DNA of 64,000 bases from a virus: IMG/VR virus record IMGVR_UViG_3300046318_000491, positions 64,001 through 128,000 of that record; one strand, given 5' to 3'. Of the stretch, positions 1 through 11,012 are shown piece after piece (the stretch's first letter is position 1; every line of letters starts with the position of its first letter). Position numbers and translations under genes: made by a program. The notes below the pieces were generated by a model that had not been told where the DNA came from, made no database searches, and saw only the letters and a program-made list of their open reading frames with translations.

Positions 1-2
1 GT

Positions 3-1793
<1,791 letters not shown>

Positions 1794-1800
1794 GTAAGTA

Positions 1801-2658
1801 ATGGCTACGTATACGCAGGCCTTTTCAGGCAGATCATCGCTGATTTTAAGGTACATCGTAACCGAGACCTCAACGAATACTACTGCTTATACAACTACTG
1901 TTTCATGGTCCTTGGCTATAACGGCTGCCGGAAATACTTCTACAGCATTTAACACTGGAAATACCGCGGCATGGACTATTGACGTAGATGCAAGCGGAAG
2001 CACTCCTATATCTTCCGGTACCTATAACTATGACTTCCGAGCCCCTAATACAACCACAACAAAAAGTATCTCTAGCGGTACAAAAACAATTAACAGAAAT
2101 GGCCCTGGGTCATATACGACGGTACTTTACGCTACTGCCGATGGTGGTACTGGTGGTGTAATTGGTAGCGCGACTATCAACTCATCTTTGGCACTTACAA
2201 CTATTGACGTGCCACCACCTTACTTCCCTCCATACTTCCCACCTTACTTCCCACCGTTCTTCCCTTACTTCCCTCCGTTCTTCCCTTACTTCCCTCCATA
2301 CTTCCCACCTTACTTCCCTCCAACTGCGGACGTACCTAACGTTACAGGTCAGTCCCTAGCCACGGCTCAAGGCAACATAGAAGCCAGCAGTTTTGTCTAT
2401 GCATTAGGTACTAGCCCAGTTTCCACAAATACCGCATCTAACGTTGGATTGGTTTCATCTTACTCTCCTACCGGCACACAGGTGGTTGGAACTACCGTGA
2501 CTGTACAGACCTATTACTACAACGAGCCGGGGTCTAGAATCGATGACTCAGGATCACCAGTTAAAGTCACTACAGCTAAGCGTTTTGATGGTACTAACTG
2601 GGTAGATGTCACCACTAGGCAGCGTTTTGATGGTACTAACTGGGTAGTCATAGAATAG
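1801..2658 (+). CDS. Minor virion protein: beta-rich N-terminus, PPYF repeat linker, PASTA-like domain
   Basis: VPNVTGQSLATAQ...GLVSSYSP...GTTVTV matches the PASTA pattern; (PPYF)n linker; duplicated RFDGTNWV at the C-terminus. Confidence 0.6.
   Translation: MATYTQAFSGRSSLILRYIVTETSTNTTAYTTTVSWSLAITAAGNTSTAFNTGNTAAWTIDVDASGSTPISSGTYNYDFRAPNTTTTKSISSGTKTINRNGPGSYTTVLYATADGGTGGVIGSATINSSLALTTIDVPPPYFPPYFPPYFPPFFPYFPPFFPYFPPYFPPYFPPTADVPNVTGQSLATAQGNIEASSFVYALGTSPVSTNTASNVGLVSSYSPTGTQVVGTTVTVQTYYYNEPGSRIDDSGSPVKVTTAKRFDGTNWVDVTTRQRFDGTNWVVIE
2212..2322 (+). repeat. Pro/Tyr/Phe (PPYF/PPFF) coding tandem repeat
   Basis: Degenerate 12-nt units ccNccNtacttc / ccNttcttc. Confidence 0.9.
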
Positions 2659-2674
2659 GGGATACCCCTGCCTA

Positions 2675-2685
2675 TGGTAAAATAG
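2675..2685 (+). promoter_or_regulatory. Extended -10 promoter TGGTAAAATAG (phage motif)
   Basis: Intergenic, upstream of the 2728 start; same core recurs at five other intergenic or gene-junction sites. Confidence 0.55.
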
Positions 2686-2727
2686 AGCTAGATTTGACTA
2701 ATCGCCCCCCCATGCTCAGGACAGACA

Positions 2728-4791
2728 ATGACCACTGCCATTAATTTTCCAGACAATCCCTCGCTGAATGACCAATTCACGTCTAATGGCCGTGTATGGG
2801 AGTGGGATGGGTCTGCTTGGGGTGCAGTTACTGGTGTAAGTATTGGCGCTACGGGGCCTACTGGACCGACTGGCCCCCAGGGTGATGCAGGCCCTGGCGG
2901 TATTCAGGGTGATACTGGTCCAACTGGTGCAGACGGAGCCGATGGAGCTTCTGGCCTTGTCTATCAAGGCACGTGGAGCAGCGGAACTACTTATGCAGCC
3001 AACGACGTGGTAACTCTAGATGGGTCAGCGTATATCTCTACCATTGGAAACAATACTAACTTTAGCCCTACTGCAGGAATGTATTGGAATGTGTTTGCCG
3101 CTGCATCAGCGGGTGCGACGGGTGCTGATGGCGCAGATGGGGCAGCTGGTGTAGTCTATCGAGGCACGTGGGATTCTGGTACTACGTATGCTCAGGACGA
3201 TATTGCAACATATAGTGGCACTACATACATCTCGACAATCAATAACAACACTAACTTTACCCCTGGTGGTATGTACTGGAACGTATTTGCAAAAGCTGGC
3301 ACTGGATTCCGTTGGACCGGCACCTGGAGCAACATGGGCTATAACGGGTATTCCTATGTCACTAATGACGTAGTCGAGTATCAGGGCGGTGTGTATGTCT
3401 GTAAGGCATACTCTATGACTTCACAGACACCATTAGACTCAATGAGTGGCAATGTAAACTCAGACTGGTCACGAATGGTACCTAAGGCTACTAGTTTTAG
3501 GTATCGAGGTACTTGGTCGAGCATGGGCCCTGGAGATATGCTTGGCAGCTATGCAACAAATGACCTAGTTAATTATGGTGGAAATGTCTATCTTGCGACA
3601 ACAACCCCAAGCGGCACCCCTGGAACTATGGATGGCTATAGCTGGAGTGTTTTTGTTCCTAAGGCAACTGGATTCACTTTCCGCGGCGCTTGGCAAGACG
3701 GGCAGAATTCATACTACTACCAGCTAAATGATGTAGTTACTTACGAGGGATCAGCGTGGATTGTTGCCAGCACTAGCACGGGCATGGTCAACGGTTATCC
3801 AGGACAGAACTCCGGGATTTGGACCGTTTTTGCTGCAGCTGGCGCCACTGGTCTTGACTGGCGCGGAGCTTGGTCAGGCAGCGCTGACCCAGCCTATGCG
3901 GTAGGCGATGCAGTCGAATACAACGGAAGTAGCTACACGCTTGTAGAAAGCTATGGCAATATGCTACCCCCAGCGGCTGAAGACGGCTCAACTAACAGCG
4001 GCTGGAATCTAGTAGCGGCTAAGGGTAGCGAAGGCCCAACAGGGCCAGCCGCATTCAGCTACGTCGGCGCATATGGCACTGGTGGAAACTACTCCATTGG
4101 TGATGTTGTTACCGAAAGTGGTTCTACATATTTAGCTCTTGATATTGGCTCACTGAGCTGGCCTGCTGAAAGCCCCGACGAATGGGCACTACTTGCGGCG
4201 GCTGGTGCTACCGGGCCAACTGGTGCTGATGGAATAACACCTGCAGCACCGTTTACAATTACTCAGTCAGAAAACAACGCTGACTACCCACTAACTATCT
4301 CTTCTGCCAATGAGCAGAGCGGCGGGGCTGGCTACTCGGATATCCTGAAGTTGATTAACTCTAAAGCAGGGGCTACTAACGCAGCTAAGCACTTTAGAAT
4401 GAACACTGCAGGTGCATTAGAAATAGTTAATAGTGCATACTCTTCAACCATTTTCTCGATTGCAGATTCAGGAATCGTAACATCTTCAAATCTTGGAGAC
4501 ACTGGCTGGATCTCGGTCACATCATTTAATAGCGGATTTAGCGGTACAAGCGTTGCATATAGACGACTCAACAATGTTGTGTATTTGCGTGGACGTCTTA
4601 GCGGTGGTACTGCAGGATCAGGCGCATTTACATTGCCCGAGGGGTATAGACCAGCAACTATCGAGGTCGTAATTCCTACTCAGCAATATGGTACTGCAGG
4701 ATTAACCTACACATCAGTTGGAAACGATGGAAACGTTGTTCCAAATGCAACTGCTACTTGGCTTTCTAGCGTATCGTTCCCAGTAGGTTAG
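2728..4791 (+). CDS. Tail fibre / receptor-binding protein with collagen segments and 7 carbohydrate-binding-like repeats
   Basis: Seven [YFW]xGx[WY]...Y..[NGD]D.[VA] repeats (CBM5/12-like); C-terminal DTGW...YRR...VYLRG...FTLPEGYRP phage RBP-head-like domain. Confidence 0.7.
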   Translation: MTTAINFPDNPSLNDQFTSNGRVWEWDGSAWGAVTGVSIGATGPTGPTGPQGDAGPGGIQGDTGPTGADGADGASGLVYQGTWSSGTTYAANDVVTLDGSAYISTIGNNTNFSPTAGMYWNVFAAASAGATGADGADGAAGVVYRGTWDSGTTYAQDDIATYSGTTYISTINNNTNFTPGGMYWNVFAKAGTGFRWTGTWSNMGYNGYSYVTNDVVEYQGGVYVCKAYSMTSQTPLDSMSGNVNSDWSRMVPKATSFRYRGTWSSMGPGDMLGSYATNDLVNYGGNVYLATTTPSGTPGTMDGYSWSVFVPKATGFTFRGAWQDGQNSYYYQLNDVVTYEGSAWIVASTSTGMVNGYPGQNSGIWTVFAAAGATGLDWRGAWSGSADPAYAVGDAVEYNGSSYTLVESYGNMLPPAAEDGSTNSGWNLVAAKGSEGPTGPAAFSYVGAYGTGGNYSIGDVVTESGSTYLALDIGSLSWPAESPDEWALLAAAGATGPTGADGITPAAPFTITQSENNADYPLTISSANEQSGGAGYSDILKLINSKAGATNAAKHFRMNTAGALEIVNSAYSSTIFSIADSGIVTSSNLGDTGWISVTSFNSGFSGTSVAYRRLNNVVYLRGRLSGGTAGSGAFTLPEGYRPATIEVVIPTQQYGTAGLTYTSVGNDGNVVPNATATWLSSVSFPVG

Positions 4792-7407
4792 TTAGAAACT
4801 ATTAGCAGCTCGTAGCGTGTTGCCCCAGTTAACTTCTCCGGTAGGTACTGCACGAGGATTTAGAACTCTATTGAGAATAGTCGCCTTTGCACCCTGACCA
4901 ACAACATCTAGTCCTCGATCAGATAGCTTACGTTGGAAAGCAATTTGAGTCATAGGACGTTCGCCACGCTCGCCAGACCACATACGGTAGACGGAGTAGA
5001 GGCTACTTACAATAACTGAAGTCTCCGCTGCTTCACGAGTTTCCTCATCGAGGAAAAGTCCAATACGGTCTTCGTTCTTACGGTAAATATCTGCTGCTTC
5101 ACGAACTGCAGTACACCAACCAAGAGGGTCGCGCTCACTAGAGCCCAGATACTTAATAGCACCTTCGACAGCCCATGATAGGACTGCAGGAAGACCGCCC
5201 TCTGGGTCAGACAGGTAGGCCTTAAGGTCAGGGTTAGAGCGGCTAGGGTCTGGAACGTGAGTCCAAGGAATTGGACGCAAGCGACGCCACATAGCATCGT
5301 CATTGATGATAGGTCGGTGGTTAGTGGTAATCCACAGCTTCCCCTGAGCCTTAAATGTAAACGGCTTTTCACCTGGAGAACGGCCCTGAATAGTAGAGGA
5401 ACCAGTCATCTGCTTGATCTGGTTTTCGTTTAGACGTTCAGACTCTGGCAACTCGTCAATCCAGATCATACGCTTACCGCGAAGTTCAGCCATGTAGTAC
5501 TGCGCAGACGAGTCGTTTGACTTACCAGCTGCCATAGTCTCAGATGGAAGCTTTCCAGCATACTGTTCTGTACTAAGAGCCGTGACAATAGTTTCAACAA
5601 ACGTGTTCTTACCGGAACCGGCTGGACCGTAGACCAGGAACAGGATATCCTGATTACTTAGCCCAGTGAGTGTATAGCCTACCGCACGCTGGATCCAGTC
5701 CTGAAGTTCCTTATCGCCACCAGTTGCAAAATCAATAAACTGCTCCCAGCGGACGTTGCGTAGACCTGGCGTATAAGATACTGGCGCACGCTTTGTAATA
5801 TACAAGTCAGGCTGACCCTCAAGCAGGTCGCCAGTGCGTAAGTCAACAACACCATTAAGTACGCCCAGTAGGTGAGCATCGCCGTCCCAGCGTTCAACGC
5901 CAGTTACAACACGAGGGTCCGAGTTAGCGTTCTTAATTGTTCCAGAGATAATCGTATTTGACTTGGCTTTCTTAGCCCAAGTTACAAGTTCTTGACGCTT
6001 AGTATCATCGCTAGCCGGGTAGTTAGTGACCTCACCCGCGATTACTGGAGCAAGCTTCTTTACAAGCTCTTGAATCTGTAGATCTTCAGAGTCTGGGTGC
6101 CAGTACTGACCGGTCCAGTGGAACCAACCAAGGCCAGGCGTGTATCGAATTGCAGATCCAAAAGTATCAACAAGACGACGACCATTACCCACATCGGTAA
6201 GAGTACGGAATCCTGGACGCCCGCCGTCCTCTGGGCTAACAGCGTCAACGTCGTTAGGCAGTGCTACGTTACCGTTACTAGTCGCTTCAGTAACAGACAT
6301 GCCCTGTTCGATCATTTCTGCTACAGCATCACCGACGATTCCGCTAGGAGATACTTCGGTTGAAGGAGCGTCTTGATTCCTGGAAGAAGCCTGTTCAGCC
6401 CACTCGCGCCCCTGAGTTTCAACCCAGTCTGATAGTCCTGGCCATGAGCGATCAATCTTTGGGTTGTTAGCAACAAAATCAATTGCACGGTGCACGTGCA
6501 TCAGAAGTGAGTTCTGTCCCTCGAGCTCCATTGGAGGGTGAACCATCTCGTGGTTAAAGCGAATCATCATTGATTCAATTGCAAGACGGCCCTTTTCATC
6601 AGTACCAAACTTATTTGCAAGTGCACAGCCGAGTCGATAGATCTCTACAGCACGCTGTCCCTCAACTAAACCCTCAGTGAGGATTTTGTCAATATCAACT
6701 GGATCCCCGGCAAACTCGAGGTCCTCCATCCAATCCCAGCTGCCCTCTTTATAAGAGCTACCGCTACCCTTACGAGCACTCTTAGCGCGTAGTACTGCAA
6801 GAAGTTCTTCTGGAGCTTCTGTAGGCTCCATCTTCCAAGGCTCGTGACCTTCCTTCCACTCGTATGTGATACCAGAGAAGTGGCGAGAAGGGTTTAGAAG
6901 AATATATCCATTGTGCTTTACGTCAATACCCTTGAGGCCAGCCTTGTCAAAATTACCAATGAACTTTTCGTTAGGGTCGCACTTATAGATTAGGTGACGG
7001 CCACGGACAACTTTGCCGCGGACAGTGTACTCGCCGGTGTGAGCTTCAACGGTTGGAGGTAGAGCACCATCAGAACGAGCCTCTAAAATCTCAAAAGAGT
7101 CATCTCCACCCGAACGCGGGTCGATATCAATTGCAAAAAGTCCAGAGCCCTTACAAAAAAGACCAACGTTATAGTCAGGATTTTCTGTCCACCACTTCTC
7201 AATCTGAGCTAAGTCAGTAGTGGCATCGGTCTGCCCGCCAGAACTGGCTGGGTGCTTACCAATATCTTTAATTTCCCCATGAGGCTTGCCGCATGTGCAG
7301 CGCCCATCGGAAGTGATTCCATGAACAGGAAGAATCTGCCAACCCTTTTTTGCATAGTAGGTTGCACCAGTAATCATTCGACCGTTAGCGGATGCCCAAT
7401 CTCCCAT
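4792..7407 (-). CDS. Bifunctional DNA primase/polymerase fused to D5/P4-family SF3 helicase
   Basis: N-terminal GWQILP..C.CG..GKHP, NVG, IDID prim-pol motifs; Walker A GPAGSGKNT; IDE; TTNHRP; AMWRR. Confidence 0.92.
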   Translation of the reverse strand: MGDWASANGRMITGATYYAKKGWQILPVHGITSDGRCTCGKPHGEIKDIGKHPASSGGQTDATTDLAQIEKWWTENPDYNVGLFCKGSGLFAIDIDPRSGGDDSFEILEARSDGALPPTVEAHTGEYTVRGKVVRGRHLIYKCDPNEKFIGNFDKAGLKGIDVKHNGYILLNPSRHFSGITYEWKEGHEPWKMEPTEAPEELLAVLRAKSARKGSGSSYKEGSWDWMEDLEFAGDPVDIDKILTEGLVEGQRAVEIYRLGCALANKFGTDEKGRLAIESMMIRFNHEMVHPPMELEGQNSLLMHVHRAIDFVANNPKIDRSWPGLSDWVETQGREWAEQASSRNQDAPSTEVSPSGIVGDAVAEMIEQGMSVTEATSNGNVALPNDVDAVSPEDGGRPGFRTLTDVGNGRRLVDTFGSAIRYTPGLGWFHWTGQYWHPDSEDLQIQELVKKLAPVIAGEVTNYPASDDTKRQELVTWAKKAKSNTIISGTIKNANSDPRVVTGVERWDGDAHLLGVLNGVVDLRTGDLLEGQPDLYITKRAPVSYTPGLRNVRWEQFIDFATGGDKELQDWIQRAVGYTLTGLSNQDILFLVYGPAGSGKNTFVETIVTALSTEQYAGKLPSETMAAGKSNDSSAQYYMAELRGKRMIWIDELPESERLNENQIKQMTGSSTIQGRSPGEKPFTFKAQGKLWITTNHRPIINDDAMWRRLRPIPWTHVPDPSRSNPDLKAYLSDPEGGLPAVLSWAVEGAIKYLGSSERDPLGWCTAVREAADIYRKNEDRIGLFLDEETREAAETSVIVSSLYSVYRMWSGERGERPMTQIAFQRKLSDRGLDVVGQGAKATILNRVLNPRAVPTGEVNWGNTLRAANSF

Positions 7408-7442
7408 TAGTAAACCGCCTGTTCGTCATTAAAGAAATTCAT
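7407..7442 (-). CDS. Putative 11-aa leader mini-ORF (MNFFNDEQAVY) coupled to primase
   Basis: GGAGAG RBS upstream of ATG 7442; its TAA overlaps the primase ATG (TAATG). Confidence 0.4.
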   Translation of the reverse strand: MNFFNDEQAVY

Positions 7443-7465
7443 ATGCTCTCCATATATCTAAGAAC

Positions 7466-7494
7466 AGCATACACACGGGTCGAGTACGCTGCAA
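7466..7494 (-). promoter_or_regulatory. SigA-like promoter for primase-helicase
   Basis: TTGCAG-N17-TATGCT on the minus strand. Confidence 0.45.
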
Positions 7495-7577
7495 GTCAAA
7501 ACGCTAAATTGAGGTAAAGATACCTAACTCATTGGCGATCTGATTTAACAGCGCGTCAAATAAGGACGACCCTATTA

Positions 7578-7588
7578 GGGTAAAATAG
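7578..7588 (+). promoter_or_regulatory. GGGTAAAATAG phage promoter motif
   Basis: Intergenic, upstream of the 7635 operon; recurring motif. Confidence 0.55.
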
Positions 7589-7634
7589 GAAGAACAAATC
7601 TAATTGTTTCCCTCTAGAGAATCTATTATAGGTC

Positions 7635-7964
7635 ATGCCCATCGAGATTATTTTTACTATTGCAGCCGTAATTACCGCCCTTGGTGTAATCTTCGGTGGT
7701 GTATATGCTACCTTCCGCCTAGTCAACCGTATTAGTCAAGCAATTGGCGTAGACAGTAAAGGCAGAACTATATCAGAGCGTCTAGACCGTGTAGAGCACC
7801 AGCTCTGGGAAAATGGCGGAAGTTCATTGGCTGATAGAGTAAATGTGATCGGAGATCATGTAGTTAAGCTCTCAGCCGAGACCGAACTTATTAAAGATAT
7901 GGTAATTGGCGTAAAAACATCTCCAGTAAAAGTTGTAAAGACGCGCGTTAGAAAAGCTAGCTAA
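7635..7964 (+). CDS. Small membrane protein (one N-terminal TM helix, coiled C-terminus)
   Basis: Hydrophobic IIFTIAAVITALGVIFGGVYATF; NGGSSL.D motif typical of actinophage membrane/lysis-associated proteins. Confidence 0.6.
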   Translation: MPIEIIFTIAAVITALGVIFGGVYATFRLVNRISQAIGVDSKGRTISERLDRVEHQLWENGGSSLADRVNVIGDHVVKLSAETELIKDMVIGVKTSPVKVVKTRVRKAS

Positions 7965-8019
7965 CCAGCAAAACATGTAGTAGGATTTTCCTAGTGTAAC
8001 TTTAATCACTAGGAGAGAC

Positions 8020-8298
8020 ATGAACCTCAACGACAAGCTGAAGGTTGCTGCTGATGAGGCCGCTACCAAGCTCTGTAAGTTAGCAACGGTGCTTAACGGT
8101 CCAGAGCTTACTACGGACGAGAAGAAAAATCTAATCGCCCTGCTTGAAGTAGATGAGCGTAACCCTGCTCGAGTTCCTAGTTCAACCATCGGGCAAATTC
8201 TAAGAGAAGAAGGCTATGACCTCAGCGATAGCGCTGTAGATCGTCACCGCCGTAACCCAAAGACCTGCGCCTGCAAGCGAACAGTAGGTAAGAAATAA
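8020..8298 (+). CDS. Small HTH-like protein with terminal RHRR...CAC
   Basis: AGGAG RBS; helical TIGQILREEG..LSDSAVDRHRR; stop overlaps next start. Confidence 0.6.
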   Translation: MNLNDKLKVAADEAATKLCKLATVLNGPELTTDEKKNLIALLEVDERNPARVPSSTIGQILREEGYDLSDSAVDRHRRNPKTCACKRTVGKK

Positions 8299-9500
8299 TG
8301 GGACTAGCAGATCGTCTTGAAGCACTAGCTTCTCCGGGTAAATCCGGCTCGGATTTTAAATTACTTAGCACTCCAGAAAACTGGCGTCCACGTATGGACA
8401 TCGACAGTGTCGCTGGAGGCTTTCTTATTTCTCAGGCACGCCCTGAAGGTGAATCTGTCGGTGCACGCGAAGTGCTACAAGAATTCAACCTAAACCCAGA
8501 TGAATGGAATGTAACTTCCGTACGTCTAGGTAAGTGGCAGAAATATGATGGCGAGTACCTAGAGTCTCAGCGTGTTAACGTTGTACCTGCAGCTACTAGC
8601 CGTATCGAGCAGCTAGATGCAGAGAAGCTCATCGATGAGATTAAAAAGTGGCGTCCAGCTAAGGGGACTAAGCAAGCAACTGGTCAAGGTTCATTTGCAT
8701 TGTTCCCGGCTGACCAGCAGATTGGTAAAAAGGCTGGCGGTGGTGGTACTCAGCAATCGATCAATCGAATCCTTGCACTAACAGAATCAGCAGTAGATCG
8801 TTTCAAGGGCTATCAGAAGATGGGCATGAACCTTGGCACAATTACTCTTGGCCTCCCAGGTGACCACGTTGAAGGTAACGTATCTCAGGGTGGACGCCTT
8901 CAGGGCCTAGCTGCATCTGATCTTGGAATCACCGAACAGGTACGTGTTGCACGTCGCTTACTTATGGCGCAGATTAAAGCGTTGGCTCCTCTTGCGGAAA
9001 ACATGATTGTTCCTGTTATCAACGGTAACCACGACGAGACCGGCCGCTATGTTGCAACCGATCCAGCTGATGGTTGGAACGTTGAGATTGCATCATCAGT
9101 ACAGGATGCTTGTGCGGAGAACCCTGCCCTACAGCACATTGAGTTTCGCTACCCTTCGTCAGGTCACCAGACTCTTGTGACAGAGATTTGTGGTGTACAC
9201 CTAGGTATGTTCCACGGCCACCAGGCTAACCAGAACAGTATCGAGAAGTACCTAGCGGGGCAGACTCTTGGTCAGACCGCACTAGGCGGTGCAGACATTT
9301 GGGTTTCAGGACACTTCCACAACTTCCGTACAATGGATATCGGTGAGCGCCTATGGTGCCAGTGCCCAACCACTGACCCCGGCTCTGACTGGTTCCGTGA
9401 CCGTGCTGGCGCTCAGTCGCGAGCCGGCCTGCTTACAATGGTATTTGGTGGAAGTTACGATGCACGCGAGAACCTCAGCGTGCTATCTATGAAGGGTTAG
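8298..9500 (+). CDS. Calcineurin-like metallophosphoesterase (Mre11/SbcD-like nuclease family)
   Basis: Motifs ADQQ, GDHVEG, GNHDE, HGH, GHFH in canonical order. Confidence 0.85.
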   Translation: MGLADRLEALASPGKSGSDFKLLSTPENWRPRMDIDSVAGGFLISQARPEGESVGAREVLQEFNLNPDEWNVTSVRLGKWQKYDGEYLESQRVNVVPAATSRIEQLDAEKLIDEIKKWRPAKGTKQATGQGSFALFPADQQIGKKAGGGGTQQSINRILALTESAVDRFKGYQKMGMNLGTITLGLPGDHVEGNVSQGGRLQGLAASDLGITEQVRVARRLLMAQIKALAPLAENMIVPVINGNHDETGRYVATDPADGWNVEIASSVQDACAENPALQHIEFRYPSSGHQTLVTEICGVHLGMFHGHQANQNSIEKYLAGQTLGQTALGGADIWVSGHFHNFRTMDIGERLWCQCPTTDPGSDWFRDRAGAQSRAGLLTMVFGGSYDARENLSVLSMKG

Positions 9501-9502
9501 AA

Positions 9503-10570
9503 GTGAAGGTTGCAGTTTACACAATTGCTCTTAATGAAGAAAAGCATGTAGAACGTTGGTATAACTCTATAAAAGATGCAGACTACATTCTTATCGCTGA
9601 TACAGGATCTACGGATAAGACTGTAGAGATCGCTAAAAGCCTTGGAATCAATGTAGTAAACGTCCTCATAAAGCCATTTCGTTTTGACACTAGTCGTACA
9701 GCAGCTCTTGCTGCACTTCCTGCGGACATCGACTATTGCATTTCGTTAGACATGGACGAGGTCTTGACTGAAGGGTGGCGTCAAGATATCGAAACACTAG
9801 CCCCTCTAGAGCCGACCCAATCAGCAATCCTGAGAAGCACGCTAACCTGGAACTTTAGAGAAGACGGCACCCCCGGGCTACAATATGGCGCGGACCGTAT
9901 ACACTCTCGCTGGGGCGTTATGTGGCGTCAGCCAGCTCACGAAATTATTGGTACCTACGGTGAGTATAAAGAAGTACGTGGCACTGTCGGTTTTGGAATT
10001 CATCATTTAGCGGATGCCACTAAGTCCCGTGGGCAGTATATGGCGATGCTGAAAATGGCGGTAGACGAGAATCCATATAGCGATAGAAACGCCTTCTACT
10101 ACGCCAGAGAGCTCTATTTTTACGGTTTGTATAAGGAAGCTGCTAAAGAGTTTAAACGCCACCTAGAGCTTCCTACGGCCATATGGAAGCCAGAGAGAGC
10201 TGCCTCTCTACGCTACCTATCTATCTGTGAACCAGATAGTGCCGAGACTCACCTCGTTAAGGCCGTAGCAACGGACCCAAGCCGACGAGAGCCTAAGGTT
10301 GCACTTGCGCAGGAGTTCTATAAGAAGGAAGACTGGGAAAACTGCTACAAATGGTCGGTATCAGCCTTAGAAATCGAGAATAAGCCACTTGACTATATGT
10401 GCGAAGAGTTTGCATGGGACCACACACCCTTGGACCTTGCCGCGTTGGCTGCATACAACCTAGGTAAGTTTGAAGAAGCTCGTGAGTATGGCGCTAGGGC
10501 TGTAGAAATAAACCCAACAGATAATCGACTAATTGCTAATCTTCGTTGGTACTCTTCGGTGACTTCCTAG
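9503..10570 (+). CDS. Family 2 glycosyltransferase with C-terminal TPR repeats
   Basis: IALNEE, DTGSTDKT, DxD (LDMDE), HE, then helical TPR-like repeats. Confidence 0.85.
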   Translation: MKVAVYTIALNEEKHVERWYNSIKDADYILIADTGSTDKTVEIAKSLGINVVNVLIKPFRFDTSRTAALAALPADIDYCISLDMDEVLTEGWRQDIETLAPLEPTQSAILRSTLTWNFREDGTPGLQYGADRIHSRWGVMWRQPAHEIIGTYGEYKEVRGTVGFGIHHLADATKSRGQYMAMLKMAVDENPYSDRNAFYYARELYFYGLYKEAAKEFKRHLELPTAIWKPERAASLRYLSICEPDSAETHLVKAVATDPSRREPKVALAQEFYKKEDWENCYKWSVSALEIENKPLDYMCEEFAWDHTPLDLAALAAYNLGKFEEAREYGARAVEINPTDNRLIANLRWYSSVTS

Positions 10571-11012
10571 TTTTCTGAGCGTGAAAAGCTTCTACTGCAT
10601 TTGCACTAGTTCTACTCTGCCAGTTAAATCCACAATCAGTACACTTTACCATTTTCATGGTTGACCAGCGACCCTTACTAGGTCGCTCTACTGTTTCTGT
10701 AACTAAAGAATCTGTCTTGCTCTTGCAGTAAGGACATAGTGGAAAACGTTTATGACGCATCTCTTGTCCCTCCCAGTTCACTGAAAGAGTTCTACGAATC
10801 TGTTCCGGAGTTAGCCCACCCCAGATTCCCCAAATTTGCTTATTCTCCAGTGCCCACTTAGTGCATTCTGCCCTAACAGGGCATGCGTCACATAATTTTT
10901 TTGCATCCAATTGCTGAGACGGCTTATTAGCAAAGAACGTCTCTAAGTAGACTCTATTTTTTGGCTTAGAGCATTCAGAATTTTCATGCCATTCAGGGGA
11001 TGATTCTATCAA
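10536..11012 (-). CDS. whiB: WhiB-family transcription factor with C-terminal zinc ribbon
   Basis: C...FF...AKKLCDACPVRAEC...WGIWGG; extra CPYC...CTDC. Confidence 0.9.
   Translation of the reverse strand: MIESSPEWHENSECSKPKNRVYLETFFANKPSQQLDAKKLCDACPVRAECTKWALENKQIWGIWGGLTPEQIRRTLSVNWEGQEMRHKRFPLCPYCKSKTDSLVTETVERPSKGRWSTMKMVKCTDCGFNWQSRTSANAVEAFHAQKTRKSPKSTNED

Noticed and set aside
2212-2647. Short direct repeats as a CRISPR array or DGR repeat
   Set aside because: Repeats are in-frame coding units without unique spacers; no reverse transcriptase or adenine-specific variation
7495-7634. Divergent intergenic region as the replication origin
   Set aside because: Only a short hairpin (AGGTA-AAGA-TACCT) and promoters; no iterons or clear unwinding element
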